DNA of 64,000 nt from Eledone cirrhosa (GCA_964016885.1 OZ024762.1:17980001-18044000); one strand, 5' to 3'. Counted from the first letter of the stretch, positions 11,717 through 25,822 are shown. Translations and numbers: made by a program. Notes: a model not told the origin generated them from the letters alone.

Positions 11717-13541
11717 ATCATCATCATCATCATCATCTTCATTTAACGTCCATCTTCTATGCTAGCATGGGTTAGCCGGGAGTTGTCCCAATTTGAGGCA
11801 AGGTTAGTCGGGTGACCATGTCTCGCTCATATAGGACTATCTGGCAGGTTTTCTATGGCTAGATGCCCTTCCTAACACCAACCACATTTACAGTGTGGAC
11901 TGGGAACTTTTTACCGTGTTACCTACACGGCCACATTACAGCATGTACTGTGTGTTTTTTTTTTTTTTGTCGTGAGACCTACATGATCTCGATCTCATTA
12001 TCTCATTTATTTGGACTGGATGTTGTGGTACCAACTTTACAGAGAGAGGGTGGTGTTGGTGGGATTGGGAGGATAGGGTAGTGGTAGTGGATTGGGGTGT
12101 ATATTGGTTAAGAGGTGCCTACTGACTGTAGGTTTCGCTTTGTACATAGGCAAGGCGGGTCTTCTGTATTATTGCGTAGCGCCAAAGATCTCGGTCCAGT
12201 GACATTGTCTTAGAGAGGTGCAAGTGTGTAAGGTCGGAATTTATCAGATCGTCCCAGGTTTTTCTGGGTCTACCTCCTCCGTAACTGCCATCAATTTTGA
12301 TCGGCCTGCACTTTTTTATACAGCTGTCGTCTTTCATGCGAATCACGTGGCCATACCAACGTAGTCTTCTCTCAAGTAAACAACATCTGATCCCTCTTAT
12401 TCCTAATTTCTCACTTAGTTCATTTATGCTTTGCCGTTCACGTATATTACTATTACACATCCAATGGAGCATGCAGGCTCCATTCCTTTCCAGTCTGCGC
12501 AGGTCCTCTGCACGCAATGCCCATGTCTCACTGCCATGTAGCATTGCTGTTCGTATACAGGCATCATACTATCTGCCTTTCATTTTTAGAGAGAAATCTT
12601 TTGTGTCCAACAGTGGTATAAGCTCTCTGAACTTTTTCCATCCCGTTCTGACTCTGGCTACTGTACTTTCAGAACACCCTCCACCACTGCTGATTTCATC
12701 ACCCAGGTAACGGAAAGTGTCCACTATTTCTATAGAACCATCTGGGAAATAGAAGGAGCTAGTATCCTGTGGGCACTTGCTACTTATTGTACCTGAGCAT
12801 CGGCTACATATAAAGTCTACGTTCTTAGATAGTTTACCTGTGATCCCACTACATCTTTTATGTACCCATAGTTTGCATTTGGGCCATAAAATGGAATTTC
12901 TGCCTACTCCTTTCCTACACATTGAGCATGGCCATTTCCCTGAGGGCACCTGTGCTCTATTTTCCTTTCTACAAACTAGAACTTTAGTCTTAGACAAGTT
13001 AACTTTAAGGCCTTTTGATTCTAGGCCATGCTTCCATGTTTGGAATTTCTTCTCTAGTTCAGCCATAGATTCAGCTATGAGAGTTAGATCATCTGCGTAT
13101 AGGAGTTCCCATGGGCAGCCGGTCTTGAAATCCTCTGTTTATAGCCTGAAGGGCAATAATAAATAGGAGGGGACTAAGGATTGAGCCTTGATGAACACCA
13201 ACTTTTATACTAAATTCTTCACAATATTCATTGTTAATTCTAACCTTACTGACTGTTTCTTTACACATAGCTTGTATAGCTCTCACAAGCCATTCATCTA
13301 CACCTAGTTTTCTATGAGCCCACCAGATAATGGAGCGGGAGACTCTGTCAAAGGCTTTCTCCAGGTCTACAAAAGCTAAGTAGAGGGGTTTACTTTTAGC
13401 TAGGTACTTCTCCTGTAGTTGTCGTACAAGGAAAAGAGCATCTGTGGTACTTTTACCTGACACAAATCCAAACTGCATTTCATCTAGATCAATTCGCTCT
13501 CTGATTAGTTGTGCTATAACTCTTTCTGTGACCTTCATGAC
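11717..13541 (-). mobile_element. 5'-truncated RTE (BovB-like) LINE: frameshifted RT/ORF2 fragments plus 3' UTR and (GAT)n tail
   Basis: ORFs 13089-13538 (QFGF..GKSTTDA..FVDLEKAFD..GVHQGSILSPLLF), YADD at ~13090-13101, 12569-13066 (CxxC PHD-like insert, FRYLGD), 12119-12544 (LHGSETW..RRLRWYGHV..GRPRKTW). Confidence 0.92.
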
Positions 13542-13559
13542 CTATATATATATATATAT

Positions 13560-13710
13560 GAGTTATCCCGGGTTCAATCGGGGGGGGGGGGGGGGGGGGT
13601 AACCATAGTAAGTAAGGTACTCAATACAACACAGAGTATAAGAACATCAGGAGCTTCCTGATGATTTCTCACGAATGAAACAGTTCTAGTCCTGTAGAAG
13701 CTTTTCTATA
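13560..13710. mobile_element. Hammerhead cassette family A (copies 22702-22890, 28961-29210, 31680-31840, 38743-38930, 53207-53372; stub 48480-48508)
   Basis: 13652-13702: agcttc-CTGATGA-tttc tcac gaat-GAAA-cag ttctagtc ctg-TA-gaagct. The family 3' tail (attgagtaccttacttactgtggttaccccc...aacccgggataac) ends in (TA)n. Confidence 0.8.
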
Positions 13711-13839
13711 TATATACATATATATATATATAAGAATTAAAATACTAGAGTGTGTTGGAGTTAAACACCCTCTTCGTATTATAGAAATGACAGTAAAGGT
13801 ATAGCTCAATGTAATTAAACAGAGCCGAAGAATATTTTC

Positions 13840-13889
<50 letters not shown>

Positions 13890-13903
13890 TAACAGATTAT
13901 TAT

Positions 13904-13936
<33 letters not shown>

Positions 13937-13939
<3 letters not shown>

Positions 13940-14135
13940 TCATCATCATCATCATTTTACATCCGCTTTTCCCTGCTTGCAAGGGTGGGACGGGTCCTAT
14001 TCAGCACAGCATCTCTCCACTTGTCACCGTCCTTCGTTATCTCCACTGTGAGTTTCAGCGATCTGAGGTCAGCTCTCAGCACCTCCGCCCATGTTTTTCA
14101 TGGTCTTCCTCTACTACGTCTTCCCTCAACTGGCA
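13937..14135 (-). mobile_element. 3' terminus of a second RTE LINE family (long copy 55290-56295)
   Basis: Minus RRSRGRP.KTWAEVLRADLR..DKWRDAVL, then the tail cccacccttgcaagcagggaaaagcggatgtaaaa(tga)n. Confidence 0.8.
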
Positions 14136-14136
14136 T

Positions 14137-14180
<44 letters not shown>

Positions 14181-14389
14181 GGCGGTGAATTGGCAGTATT
14201 GGTAGAGGGTTGGACGCCATGCTTTCTAGCATAGTTACGTCCCTTTACAGTCTGAGTTCAAATCCCGCCGAGGTTAACTTTGCCTTTCATCCTTACGGGG
14301 GTCGATAAAATAAAGTACCAGTAATGTACTGGGTAATTGCTGGCCTTGTGCCTAAAGTAGAAACAATTATATTATATATATATGAATAT

Positions 14390-15640
<1,251 letters not shown>

Positions 15641-16238
15641 GGATTGTATGTGTGCATGTGTGTTATTATTGCTGGAACAGTAGGTCACGAGATACCAGAA
15701 AAAATTCCTTGATGTATTATGTTACATTCCTATCTTTCCTGAGTTCAAATCCCATTTGGATTGAAAATGCCTTTTGATCCATCCAGGGTTTCCAAAAATA
15801 AACACCCCTATTCTACAGAGAGTCACTTCAGTTCACCATAAAACCCTCCCTTATAAATTTCTGGTTTCAATCCTCAGTCAGAAATGTTCTATTAAATTAA
15901 TGTCATTGTAGCTTTCATGTAAAATGTCTGTCATGCTGGAATAATAAAAGAGAGAATGGGGCAGAGAGATATGGTGGTTTGTGTGGTGGAAGTGAGAGTA
16001 GATTGTGTGGCGGTAGTGGTGGTTGTAGTGATGGTAACAGTTACTGTTAGCATATCTTGAAGGGAGAGGAAAAAATGAAACCAAAGGCCCAGCAAGATTT
16101 GATGTCTTTTTTCTGATTTTGTTGTTGTTTTTTTGGCTATGTTTTATTTTTAATCGAGTAATCAGGTGTTTCAATTAATACAGAATTGATTTTAAAAACT
16201 GACAGTAATTAAAAATAAAAGCCCTTTAAATTATTTAA

Positions 16239-16818
16239 CCCTTTAGTGTTCAAACCAGCCAAAACCGGCCAGAATTCTCTACCTCCTTCTGTTGAAACTG
16301 GCTGTAACTGGTCGGTCAAACTGATGTTAAGATTTTGTTCTCAAAATAAATACTTTCAAAATCTCATAGATTCAATATTATGTGAGAGAATTATGTGAGA
16401 TAAAGCCTTTTCCATGAAAATATAATAGTATATATAGAGTAATGTGAATGTTATGTGAGATATTATGTGAGGTAAAGCCTTTACCATGAAAATATAATAG
16501 TATATATAGAGTAATGTGAATGTTATGTGAGATATTATGTGAGGTAAAGCCTTTACCATGAAAATATAATAGTATATATAGAGTAATGTGAATGTTATGT
16601 GAGATATTATGTAAGGTAAAGCCTTTACCATGAAAATATAATAGTATATATAGAGTAATGTGAATGTTATGTGAGATATTATGTGAGGTAAAGCCTTTAC
16701 CATGAAAATATAATAGTATATATAGAGTAATGTGAATGCTATGTGAGATATTATGTAAGGTAAAGCCTTTACCATGAAAATATAATAGTATATATAGAGT
16801 AATATGAATGCTAAAGGG
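16239..16818. mobile_element. TTAA-flanked piggyBac-type MITE with internal 72-bp x~6 tandem expansion
   Basis: TTAA at 16235-16238 and 16819-16822; TIRs ccctttagtgttca / tgaatgctaaaggg; the 24-aa periodicity in ORF 16356..16775 gives a 72-bp unit. Confidence 0.8.
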
Positions 16819-17620
16819 TTAAAGATCTAAGAGAGAATGGTGGCATTGGTGATGGTTTGGGTTAATAGAAATGCTGTAACAAGTCTTTATGGAAAGGGAA
16901 TGGTGAGAGAGAGCGAGAGTGTGTGTGTGAGTGTGTGTAATAAAGAGTTGGAGAGAGAGAGAGAGGGAGATAGTGGTGGTGATGGGGGTTGTAGCAGTAG
17001 TGCTGAAATATTGTTTTAATTGCACGGTGTAACAACTATGTATGTATCATCATCATCACCGTTTTACGTCCGTTCTTCCACGCTAGCATGGGTTAGACGG
17101 GTTGTCCTGTTGTGGGCAGTGTCTGGTCGGCTGACCTTGTCTTGCTCATACGGGAACTGATTCTGGCTTGATTTCTACAGCTGGATGCCCTTCCTAACAC
17201 CAACCTCATTTACAGTGAGTGCTGGGTGCTTTTTTTCCATGGCACCTCCACGACCACTTTACAGTGGAATGATAGGGACCCCAGTCCCTATCATCTCATT
17301 TCTACAGCTGAGTAAACTGGAGCAATGGGAAATAAAGTGTCTTGCTCAAGGAAACAACACATCACCCGGTCCGAGAATTGAACTCTCAACCTTTCGATTG
17401 CAAGTCCAATGCTCTAACCACTAAGGCATGTGTCTTCACATTGTTTGTATGTATGTATATAAGTATGTATATGTTTGTGTGTGAATGCATATTTACATAT
17501 ATATACATATATATAACGTGTGTGCATACATTTATGTGTATATGAACACCCACATATATCATGTGTATGTGTATATATATATATATATATATATACATAT
17601 ATATAAATATATATATACAC

Positions 17621-17661
<41 letters not shown>

Positions 17662-17680
17662 TATAAATATATATATACAC

Positions 17681-17736
<56 letters not shown>

Positions 17737-17804
17737 TCATCATCATCATCATATATATATATATATATTTAAAAGAATAGAGGTGTAACACACGAGTTGT
17801 GATA

Positions 17805-18160
17805 TATTAGTAAAAGGAAAAGAAAATGCTGACAAATTTTTCCCACTGAAAAATGGTTTAATTAGGAATAAGTATAAATTAGTAATAAGTATTGGTTAGT
17901 ATTTAGTTTTAAGTTTTTACCGGTTGCGCATTTTTTAATGCTTTTCAAAAATAATTTTGAGATAGAGTGCTCGTGTTGCTTGCTAAACATCACGGACGCT
18001 CTATCTCAAAATTATTTTTGAAAAGCATTAGAAATGCGCAACCAGTAAAAACTTAAAACTAAAACTGAATACTAACCAATACTTATTACTAATTTATACT
18101 TATTCCTAATTAAACTATTTTTCACTGGGAAAAATTTGTCAGCATTTTCTTTTCCTTTTA

Positions 18161-18166
<6 letters not shown>
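17805..18166. repeat. Fold-back element with ~165-bp arms; the same terminus begins a longer element at 63511
   Basis: tattagtaaaaggaaaagaaaatgctgacaaatttttccc...gagatagag is mirrored; a single arm at 63511-63690 continues into different sequence. Confidence 0.85.
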
Positions 18167-18225
<59 letters not shown>

Positions 18226-18229
<4 letters not shown>

Positions 18230-18835
18230 TGGCTGCCAACTCGTTTTCGAGTACGGCCACTACTTTATATCCATGTAGGAGAACCCCTACCGATGCGCTG
18301 AACGAATGTGACTTTTTAGTCCAGCCAGCGACTTGAAAACTCTGGTACAAAGACTACACTTGTGACCATTATTGACACATAGTGCAGGGCCCATGGTACC
18401 ATGTGATGACAAGTGCAGAGAGATCTCCAGATATAAAGCAATGCCTGTGCTGTGAAGCTTTTATAGTGAGCAAAGGCACTGCACAAAGCCAGTCCCACTC
18501 TCTTAACCAAGATGATATTTACCAAAAAGAAGAACAAGTCAACATCATTGGATACCATCAGGGTTGCAGGTGTTATATCAGAGTTTTCCTTCTCCTAGAA
18601 TTCTGCCTTGACAAAGGCTAAGGGGTCATCTCTCCCAGTGATTTTGGATGGCTATTGACTCTTAAGAGCTCCCTTGCCCTTTGACAGGTTTTGTTTTTAG
18701 TCCTGCAGGATGTCCAAAGTCACCCTCCTCACCAAGAAACCTTGGTGGGGTTGCCAGTTTAGTCGCCAACGACCCGACCATGAGACAGGTTGTACTGGGA
18801 TACATGTTACCAGTAGCACCAACTGGTGACCTGAC
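18226..18835. mobile_element. ~610-bp non-coding dispersed element flanked by (TA)n; near-identical copy 60566-61175, partial 20149-20560, related 20625-21160 and 9965-10115
   Basis: Same ends (atggtggctgccaactcg ... ggtgacctgaca) in two full copies; no meaningful ORF. Confidence 0.85.
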
Positions 18836-19382
18836 ATATATATATACACACATATATATACACACATATATATAATTGAGAGAAATCTGTATCAAGACTG
18901 AAGAAGAAGAAGGAGGAGGAGGAAGAGGTTATGTAATGTACAACAATTAAGGAAGTGTGTTTAATTAAAAACAAATGCAATTAATGGTGTATATGCTTAA
19001 GAGCCATTAGTAAGAGGTTGTGTATGTGTTAAGGTCATCTTGATTCTGGGAGCTGAGGGCTAACCAGTATTGGTGCACTCTTTATTAATGTCAACCTGTT
19101 TCACTCTATCCTCTGTCTTATGTTCTAAAAATATTTAATGTCATTTAAATAATTGTTTCCACTTTTGGCACAAGGCCATCAATTACCCAGTGCATTACTG
19201 GTACTTTATTTTATCGACCCCGTAAGGATGAAAGGCAAAGTTAACCTCGGCGGGATTTAAACTCAGAATGGCAAGGGCCGTAACTCTATGCGTCAAAGCA
19301 TGGCGTCCGACCCTCTACCGATACTGCCAAATGATTAATGTTTGTATGAAGGATGAAGGATGGGTATATTCTGTGTACATAT

Positions 19383-19960
19383 CATCATCATCATCATCAT
19401 CATCCTCGTTTAACGTCTATCTACCACGCTAGCATGGGTTTAGACGGGAATTGTCCCACCTGAGGCAAGATTGGTCGTCTCGCTCGCTCGTATGGGACTG
19501 TCTGGCAGGTTTTCTACGGCTGGATGCCCTTCCTAACACCAACCACGTTTATACAGTGTGGAAACTGGGAGGTTTTTACCGTGTTACCTACACAGCCACA
19601 TTACAGCGTGGACTGTGTTTTTTTTTGTTGTGACACCTACACGACCTCATTTATTTAGGACTGGATGTTGTGGTACCAACATAACTTTACAGAGAAAGGG
19701 GTGGTGTTGGTGGGGTGGGGGAGTTGGGGTAGTAGGAGGGTGGTGTATATTTGATTAAGAGGTACCTAATTTGATTAAGAGGTACCTACTGACTGTAGGT
19801 TTTGCTTTGTACTTAGGCAAGGCGGGTTTTCTGTATTACTGCGTGGTGCCAAAGATCTCGGTCCAGTGACATTGTCTTAGAAAGGTGTAAGTGTGTAAGG
19901 TCGGAATTTATCAAATCATCCCAGGTTTTTCTGGGTCTGCCTACTCCGTAACTTCCGTCA
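19383..19960 (-). mobile_element. Truncated copy of the 11717-13541 RTE (C-terminus plus 3' UTR); further 3' UTR copies at 53385-53815 (+), 47565-47800, 56994-57208, 60001-60270 (-), 63047-63263 (+)
   Basis: Near-identity to 11720-12295, including the ORF-UTR junction aggtacctactgactgtagg. Confidence 0.85.
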
Positions 19961-20590
19961 ATGTATGTACCCAATGTAAATCATATCATATGTTTGTGAC
20001 CTGGAGAGGGGATGCACTCCCCCAGGATTAAAATGTCCAAGAAATGCTGCATGCCATGACTGTGGCCCCTACAACTGAATCAGGAGTTACGGGTCCATAC
20101 ATACATACATTTATACATACATACATATATACATACATATATACATACATGGTGGCTGCCAACTCGTTTTCGAGTATGGCCACTACTTTATATCCATGTA
20201 GGAGAACCCCTACCGATGCGCTGAACGAGTGTGACTTTCTAGTTCAGCCAGCAACTTGAAAACTCTGGTACAAACACTACACCTGTGACAATTACTGACA
20301 CATAGTGCTGGGCCCATGGTACCATGTGACGACAAGTGCAGAGAGATCTCCAGATATAAAGCAATGCCTGTGCCGTGAAGCTTTTATAGTGACAAAGGCA
20401 CTGCACAAAGCCAGTCCCACTCTCTTAACCAAGATGATATTTACCAAAAAGAAGAACAAGTCAACATCATTGGATACCATCAGAGTTGCAGGTGTTATAT
20501 CAGAGTTTTCCTTCTCCTAGAATTCTGCCTTGACAAAGGCTAAGGGGTCATCTCTCCCGACATACATATATACATACATATATACATACA

Positions 20591-20623
<33 letters not shown>

Positions 20624-21171
20624 GATGGCTGCCCCCTCGTTATCGATTATAGCCATTGCACAATATACCATTATTAATATTTATTAATTAATTCTATCGT
20701 GCAATGCCTGTGTGTGAAGATATTTTTTAAAGTGAGGAAAGACTGTGCACTGAGCCAATCCCACTCTCTGAGCGACAGTAGCTATAACCCAAAAAGAAGA
20801 AAAGATCAACATCATCGGTAACTACTGAGCCGCAGGTTTTATATCGGAGTTATCCCAGTTTCCTGAGTTGCTTTCTCCTAGAAGAATGCCCTGACAAAGG
20901 CTAGGGGTCCTTCACTCCCAGTGGTTTAACCGCATGGTACATGTGTATATACATATTTACACACTTTTGGATGGTCGTTGACTGTTATGAGTTCTTCCGC
21001 CCTTTGTCAGGTTTTGTTTTTTGTCCTGCAGGGTGTCCAAAATCACCCTCCTCACCAAGTAAACTTGGTGGGGTTGCCGGTTTAGTCGCTGATGACCCGA
21101 CCATGCGACAGGTTGTACTGGGTTACATGTTACCAGTAGCACTCAAGAGTGACCCGACATACATACATACA

Positions 21172-21510
21172 TCATCATCATTTCATTTTACGTCCGCTTT
21201 TTTTCCTGCTTGCAAGGGTGGGACGGGAACTGATTCGGGCTTGATTTCTACAGCTGGATGCCCTTCCTAACACCAACCTCATTTACAGTGAGTGCTGGGT
21301 GCTTTTTTGCCGTGGCACCTCCACAACCACTTTGCAGTGGAATGATAGGGACCCCAGTCCCTATCATCTCATTTCTACAGCTGAGTAAACTGGAGCAATG
21401 TGAAATAAAGTGTCTTGCTCAAGGAAACAACACATCACCCGGTCTGAGAATTTAACTCACAACCTTTCGATTGCAAGGCCAATGCTCTAACCACTAAGCC
21501 ATGTGCCTCC
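21172..21510 (-). mobile_element. Abundant young ~340-bp tRNA-derived SINE with Meta-like domain and RTE-type 3' tail (minus copies ~6330, 17046, 25461, 28513, 29960, 30853, 37711, 45979, 46945, 48143, 58892; plus copies ~27930, 32489, 62650)
   Basis: Head ggaggcacatggcttagtggttagagc (A box)...gagtt(c/a)aattctc (B box); ccttgagcaagacactttatttc; ggtgttaggaagggcatccagctgtagaaa; tail ...ggacgtaaaa(tga)n. Confidence 0.92.
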
Positions 21511-21789
21511 ATATACCTACATACCTACACAAATACATACATATATACATATATACAAATACATACATATATACATATATACATACATAAGGTAGTGAAT
21601 TGGCAGAGTTGTTAGAATGTCAGAATACTTTGTGCTATTCGTTCCAGCTTTCTGCTCTCCGAGTTCAAATCCCACCGAGGTCAACTTTACCTCTCATTCT
21701 TTCGTGGTCGATAAAAAAAAGTACCAGTCTAGTACTGGGGGGGGGGGGTTCTTCCTCTATATCTCTTTCTCATTTCATCTTTCTCTCAC

Positions 21790-21925
21790 TTTCTATCTTT
21801 CTCTGGAAGAAATCTGGCGCTCAGACCTGGAGAGGGATGGGCTCTGCAGGGGCTTTAAATGCCCCCAAAATGCTGTATGTCAATACAGCACCCCTACGAC
21901 TCTATCAGGAGTTATGGGACCATAC
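21790..21925 (+). mobile_element. Short dispersed element ending gggacca(tac/a)n (copies 19995-20100, 34465-34650)
   Basis: gacctggagaggga...cccct(a/g)c(a/g)actc...ggagtta(t/c)gggacca shared by three loci; followed here by a 450-bp (TACA)n tract. Confidence 0.6.
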
Positions 21926-22086
21926 ATACATACATACCTACACACATACTTACATATATACATACATACCTACACAAATACATACATACCTACATATATA
22001 CATACATACACAAATACATACATACATACCTACATATATACATACATATCTACACAAATACATACATACATACATACATACATACA

Positions 22087-22120
<34 letters not shown>

Positions 22121-22885
22121 CATACATACCTACACACATACATACATACATACACAAATACATACATACATACCTACATATATACATACATATCTACACA
22201 AATACATACATACATACATACATACATACATACATACCTACATACATACATACATACCTACATATATACATACATACCTACACACATACATACATACATA
22301 CACAAATACATACATACATACATACCTACATATATACATACATACCTACACACATACATACTTACACAACTTGGATTTGCGGACAAAGAGCGCAGCTCCC
22401 TAATTCATAGTCTACAAATGGCTGCAATAGCTGGCACCTTCAAAATTTGCAAAACATTCTTGCAATTCAAGGGATGACAATTTCTTTTCTTTTACAACCT
22501 TGCCACCAGGAAGGTGGCCGGTCAAAAAAATATACTCGAAATTAAGAGAAAGAGATAACATATATACATACATACATATATGCAGTTCCATTGGTTGAAT
22601 CAGCTGGATTACTCGTCAGAAGAAAAGATGGAGGTTCAACAACGATATTACTATATGCAAATTAGTGTGTTTATGCATATTTCAGACAATATATATATAT
22701 TTAATATAGAAATGGCGTCTACAGGACTAGAACTGTTTCATTCAAACTAAATCATCAGCGCTTCCCTGATGATTTCCTTCGAATGAAAGAGTTGTAGTCC
22801 TGTAGAAGCCATTTCTATATTAAACATTTATATTCTGCTATGTATTGAGTACTTTACTTACTCTAGTTACCCCTGATTGAACTCA

Positions 22886-22950
<65 letters not shown>

Positions 22951-23116
22951 TTTAATGATATAGTCTGATTAGCTATTGATTCCAGAGTCAGGCTTGATTG
23001 ATACGGATCATACCTTGAGCTGATTAATCGTGAAACACGTGTCACACCTGAATGAACTTAATGATGATAGTTTGACATTTCATTTCTACTCATTATGTGC
23101 CAAAAGTAGAAACAAT

Positions 23117-23171
<55 letters not shown>

Positions 23172-23415
23172 CGGATTGGCAGTATCGGTAGAGCGTCAGA
23201 CACCATGCTTTGCAGCATAGAGTTATGGCTCTTTACGGTCTGGATTCAAATCCCGCCGAGGTCAATTTTGCATTTCATCCTTACAGGGGTGGGGTCGATA
23301 AAATAAAGCACTGGGATAATTGCTGGCCTTGTGCCAAAAGAAGAAACAATTATCATATATGTACAAATATATATATATATCATCATCATCATCATTGTTT
23401 AACATATATATATAA

Positions 23416-23475
<60 letters not shown>

Positions 23476-23479
<4 letters not shown>

Positions 23480-23697
23480 AAGGCGTGTGGCTGAGTGGTT
23501 AGGGAATTGGATTCGCAATTGTAAGGTTGTGAGTTCGATTCCTGGACCAGGCGATGCGTTATGTCCTTGAGCAAGACACTTTATTTCACGTTGCTCCTTC
23601 TACCTGGAGTTGCGACCGATAGATAGTATTAGCAATTGGAAAGACCAACAGAAACATTGTTCCCTCGGTCCGATTTGACGAAAGTCGATCGTTCCTG

Positions 23698-23698
<1 letters not shown>
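23476..23698 (+). mobile_element. tRNA/Meta-domain SINE with a distinct 3' half (copy 61295-61510)
   Basis: gtggctgagtggttag...gagttcgattcc...gtccttgagcaagacactttatttc, then ctggagttgcgaccga...cctcggtcc shared by two loci. Confidence 0.75.
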
Positions 23699-23763
<65 letters not shown>

Positions 23764-25759
23764 AATATACATACATATATATATATATATATAGCTCAAA
23801 GAGACAAGAAACAGAGGTACAAAAAGTTTCACATTTTATATGGAAAAAGGGAAAGAAAGTTCAATGTATCGGGCTTTAGTCCTTCTTCGGGAGTACAAAA
23901 TAGAGACAGGATGACAAAGGATAGATACAGAAAATAAAAGGTAGTCCAACAAAATAATTGTTTCTACTTTTGGCACAAGGCCAGCAATTACCCAGAGCAT
24001 TCCTGGTACTTTATTCTATCGACCCCGTAAGGATGAAAGGCAAAGTCAACCTATTGAGAGTAAACTAAACAAACCATTAGGTAGTCTCTATTATTAAATG
24101 GAAAATGAATGTTTTATATTTGAAGTCTTCTTCTTGGCCCACTTTGACCTGGGAAGGTCATGGGGGCAGAGTTCTCAAACACTCCTTCCAGTGGGTCCTG
24201 TCACAAACAACCACCTCCAAATGATTTGGCTCAATCTGCCAGCTCATGGATGTTATACAACCATCTTGGTTGGGGTCTAAATCTGAGTCTCCTGCCGGTT
24301 GGTTTTGCCTGTAAAATATGTTCAGTGATTCTTTCCTGAGATATTCTAACCCTGAATGAATGTAGTATTGGAGCTTTGATCTCTCAGTTCGGAGAAGTAG
24401 CAGCTCTACCCAGAGCAACTCTCTAATCTCTGAGCTACACACTCTACCAGGTAACGTTACTTACAAGGATTCTTCAGAGTAACCTCCATTTTAGCCACTT
24501 GTATTCTAACCATATGTCCTTAATATCAGAGCTGTCGTCTCTCAGTTCGGAGAAGTAGTAGTTCTAACTGGAGCGATTCTCTGATCTCTGAGCTATGCGC
24601 TCTACTGAGTATTGTTACTCCAAAGACATTCAGAGGAACCCCCATTTCAGCCACTTGTATTCTACTAGAGTTGCGATCTCTTTCTCTGCCTAAATATACA
24701 TAGGGGGCACATTTACAAACGTTCCCAGAGCAAGGGAGATAATTTGAAGGCTGCCTAAATATAGATAGCAGACAAATGTACGAACTTTCCCAGAGTAAGG
24801 GAGATAATTTGGAGGTGGAATGTCTCCTTCAATTTATTTAGCACTAAAAATAAATGATACAATAATCATTAAATGTCAATTATGCAATTAAATACAACAC
24901 CAAACACAAAATGAGGAGCACAATTAATTTTCTTGTAAAAAAAAAAATGCTTATTATGAAGATTATTTAAAAATATATAAGGTCATCCATTAGTTTTCCT
25001 AAGATCAGCAAAAACAAGTTTCCTCTCCTGTATATAGAGAAAGTTGTGTGTATCAGGTTTAGAATAGGTACAGTGTATACCTGCTTGTTGTAAGAACGAA
25101 TGAAAAGGTTTGGTGTTGGGAAAAACCATCCAATTAAAAATCATTGCTTTAAAAGGTCCTGTCCAACACATAGCATCAAATTTGATGTAAAAATGTTGAT
25201 GATGATGCTATACATACATATTATGCATTTTTTTTTTTTTTCACTTAAATCTGCTCCCAAACAAACAAGTATATCCAATCGATTTTTAAGTCTTAAAAAT
25301 CGATTTGATAATGAGTTTTTAAACCCGTTAAATTTGCTAAGGTAAGATTCTTTTGTTATCTTAGCAATTTAACATTCTTCATACGCATTGTGTTGGTCTT
25401 CAAAATTTAAATTTGTGTTTCCTATTAAACAATGCTTCAAGCAAACTACAAAACTCTGTTATCATCATCATCATCACTTTTCCTGCTTGCAAGGGCAGGA
25501 TGGGAACTGATTCTGGCTTGATTTCTACAGCTGGATGCCTTTCCTAACACCAACCTCATTTACAGTGAGTGCTGGGTGCTTTTTTTCCGTGGCACCTACG
25601 CGACCACTTTACAGTGTGGGCTGGGTGCTTTTTTGCCGTGGCACCTCCACGACCACTTTGCAGTGGAATGATAGGGACCCCAGTCCCTATCATCTCATTT
25701 CTACAACTGAGTAAACTGGAGCAATGTGAAATAAAGGGTCTTGCTCAAGGAAACAACAC

Positions 25760-25822
<63 letters not shown>

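Noticed and set aside
17185-17424. Recurring ORF MPFLTPTSFTVSAGC... as a multigene family
   Set aside because: Antisense translation of the SINE; frameshifts vary between copies.
23020-23050. Hammerhead 3' half GAAA-CACGTG-TC
   Set aside because: No intact CUGANGA upstream; at most a decayed copy.
23855-23895. Minus-strand hammerhead (ccgaagaagg...cccgatacattg)
   Set aside because: Two core substitutions; probably a dead Penelope-type motif, not counted as intact.
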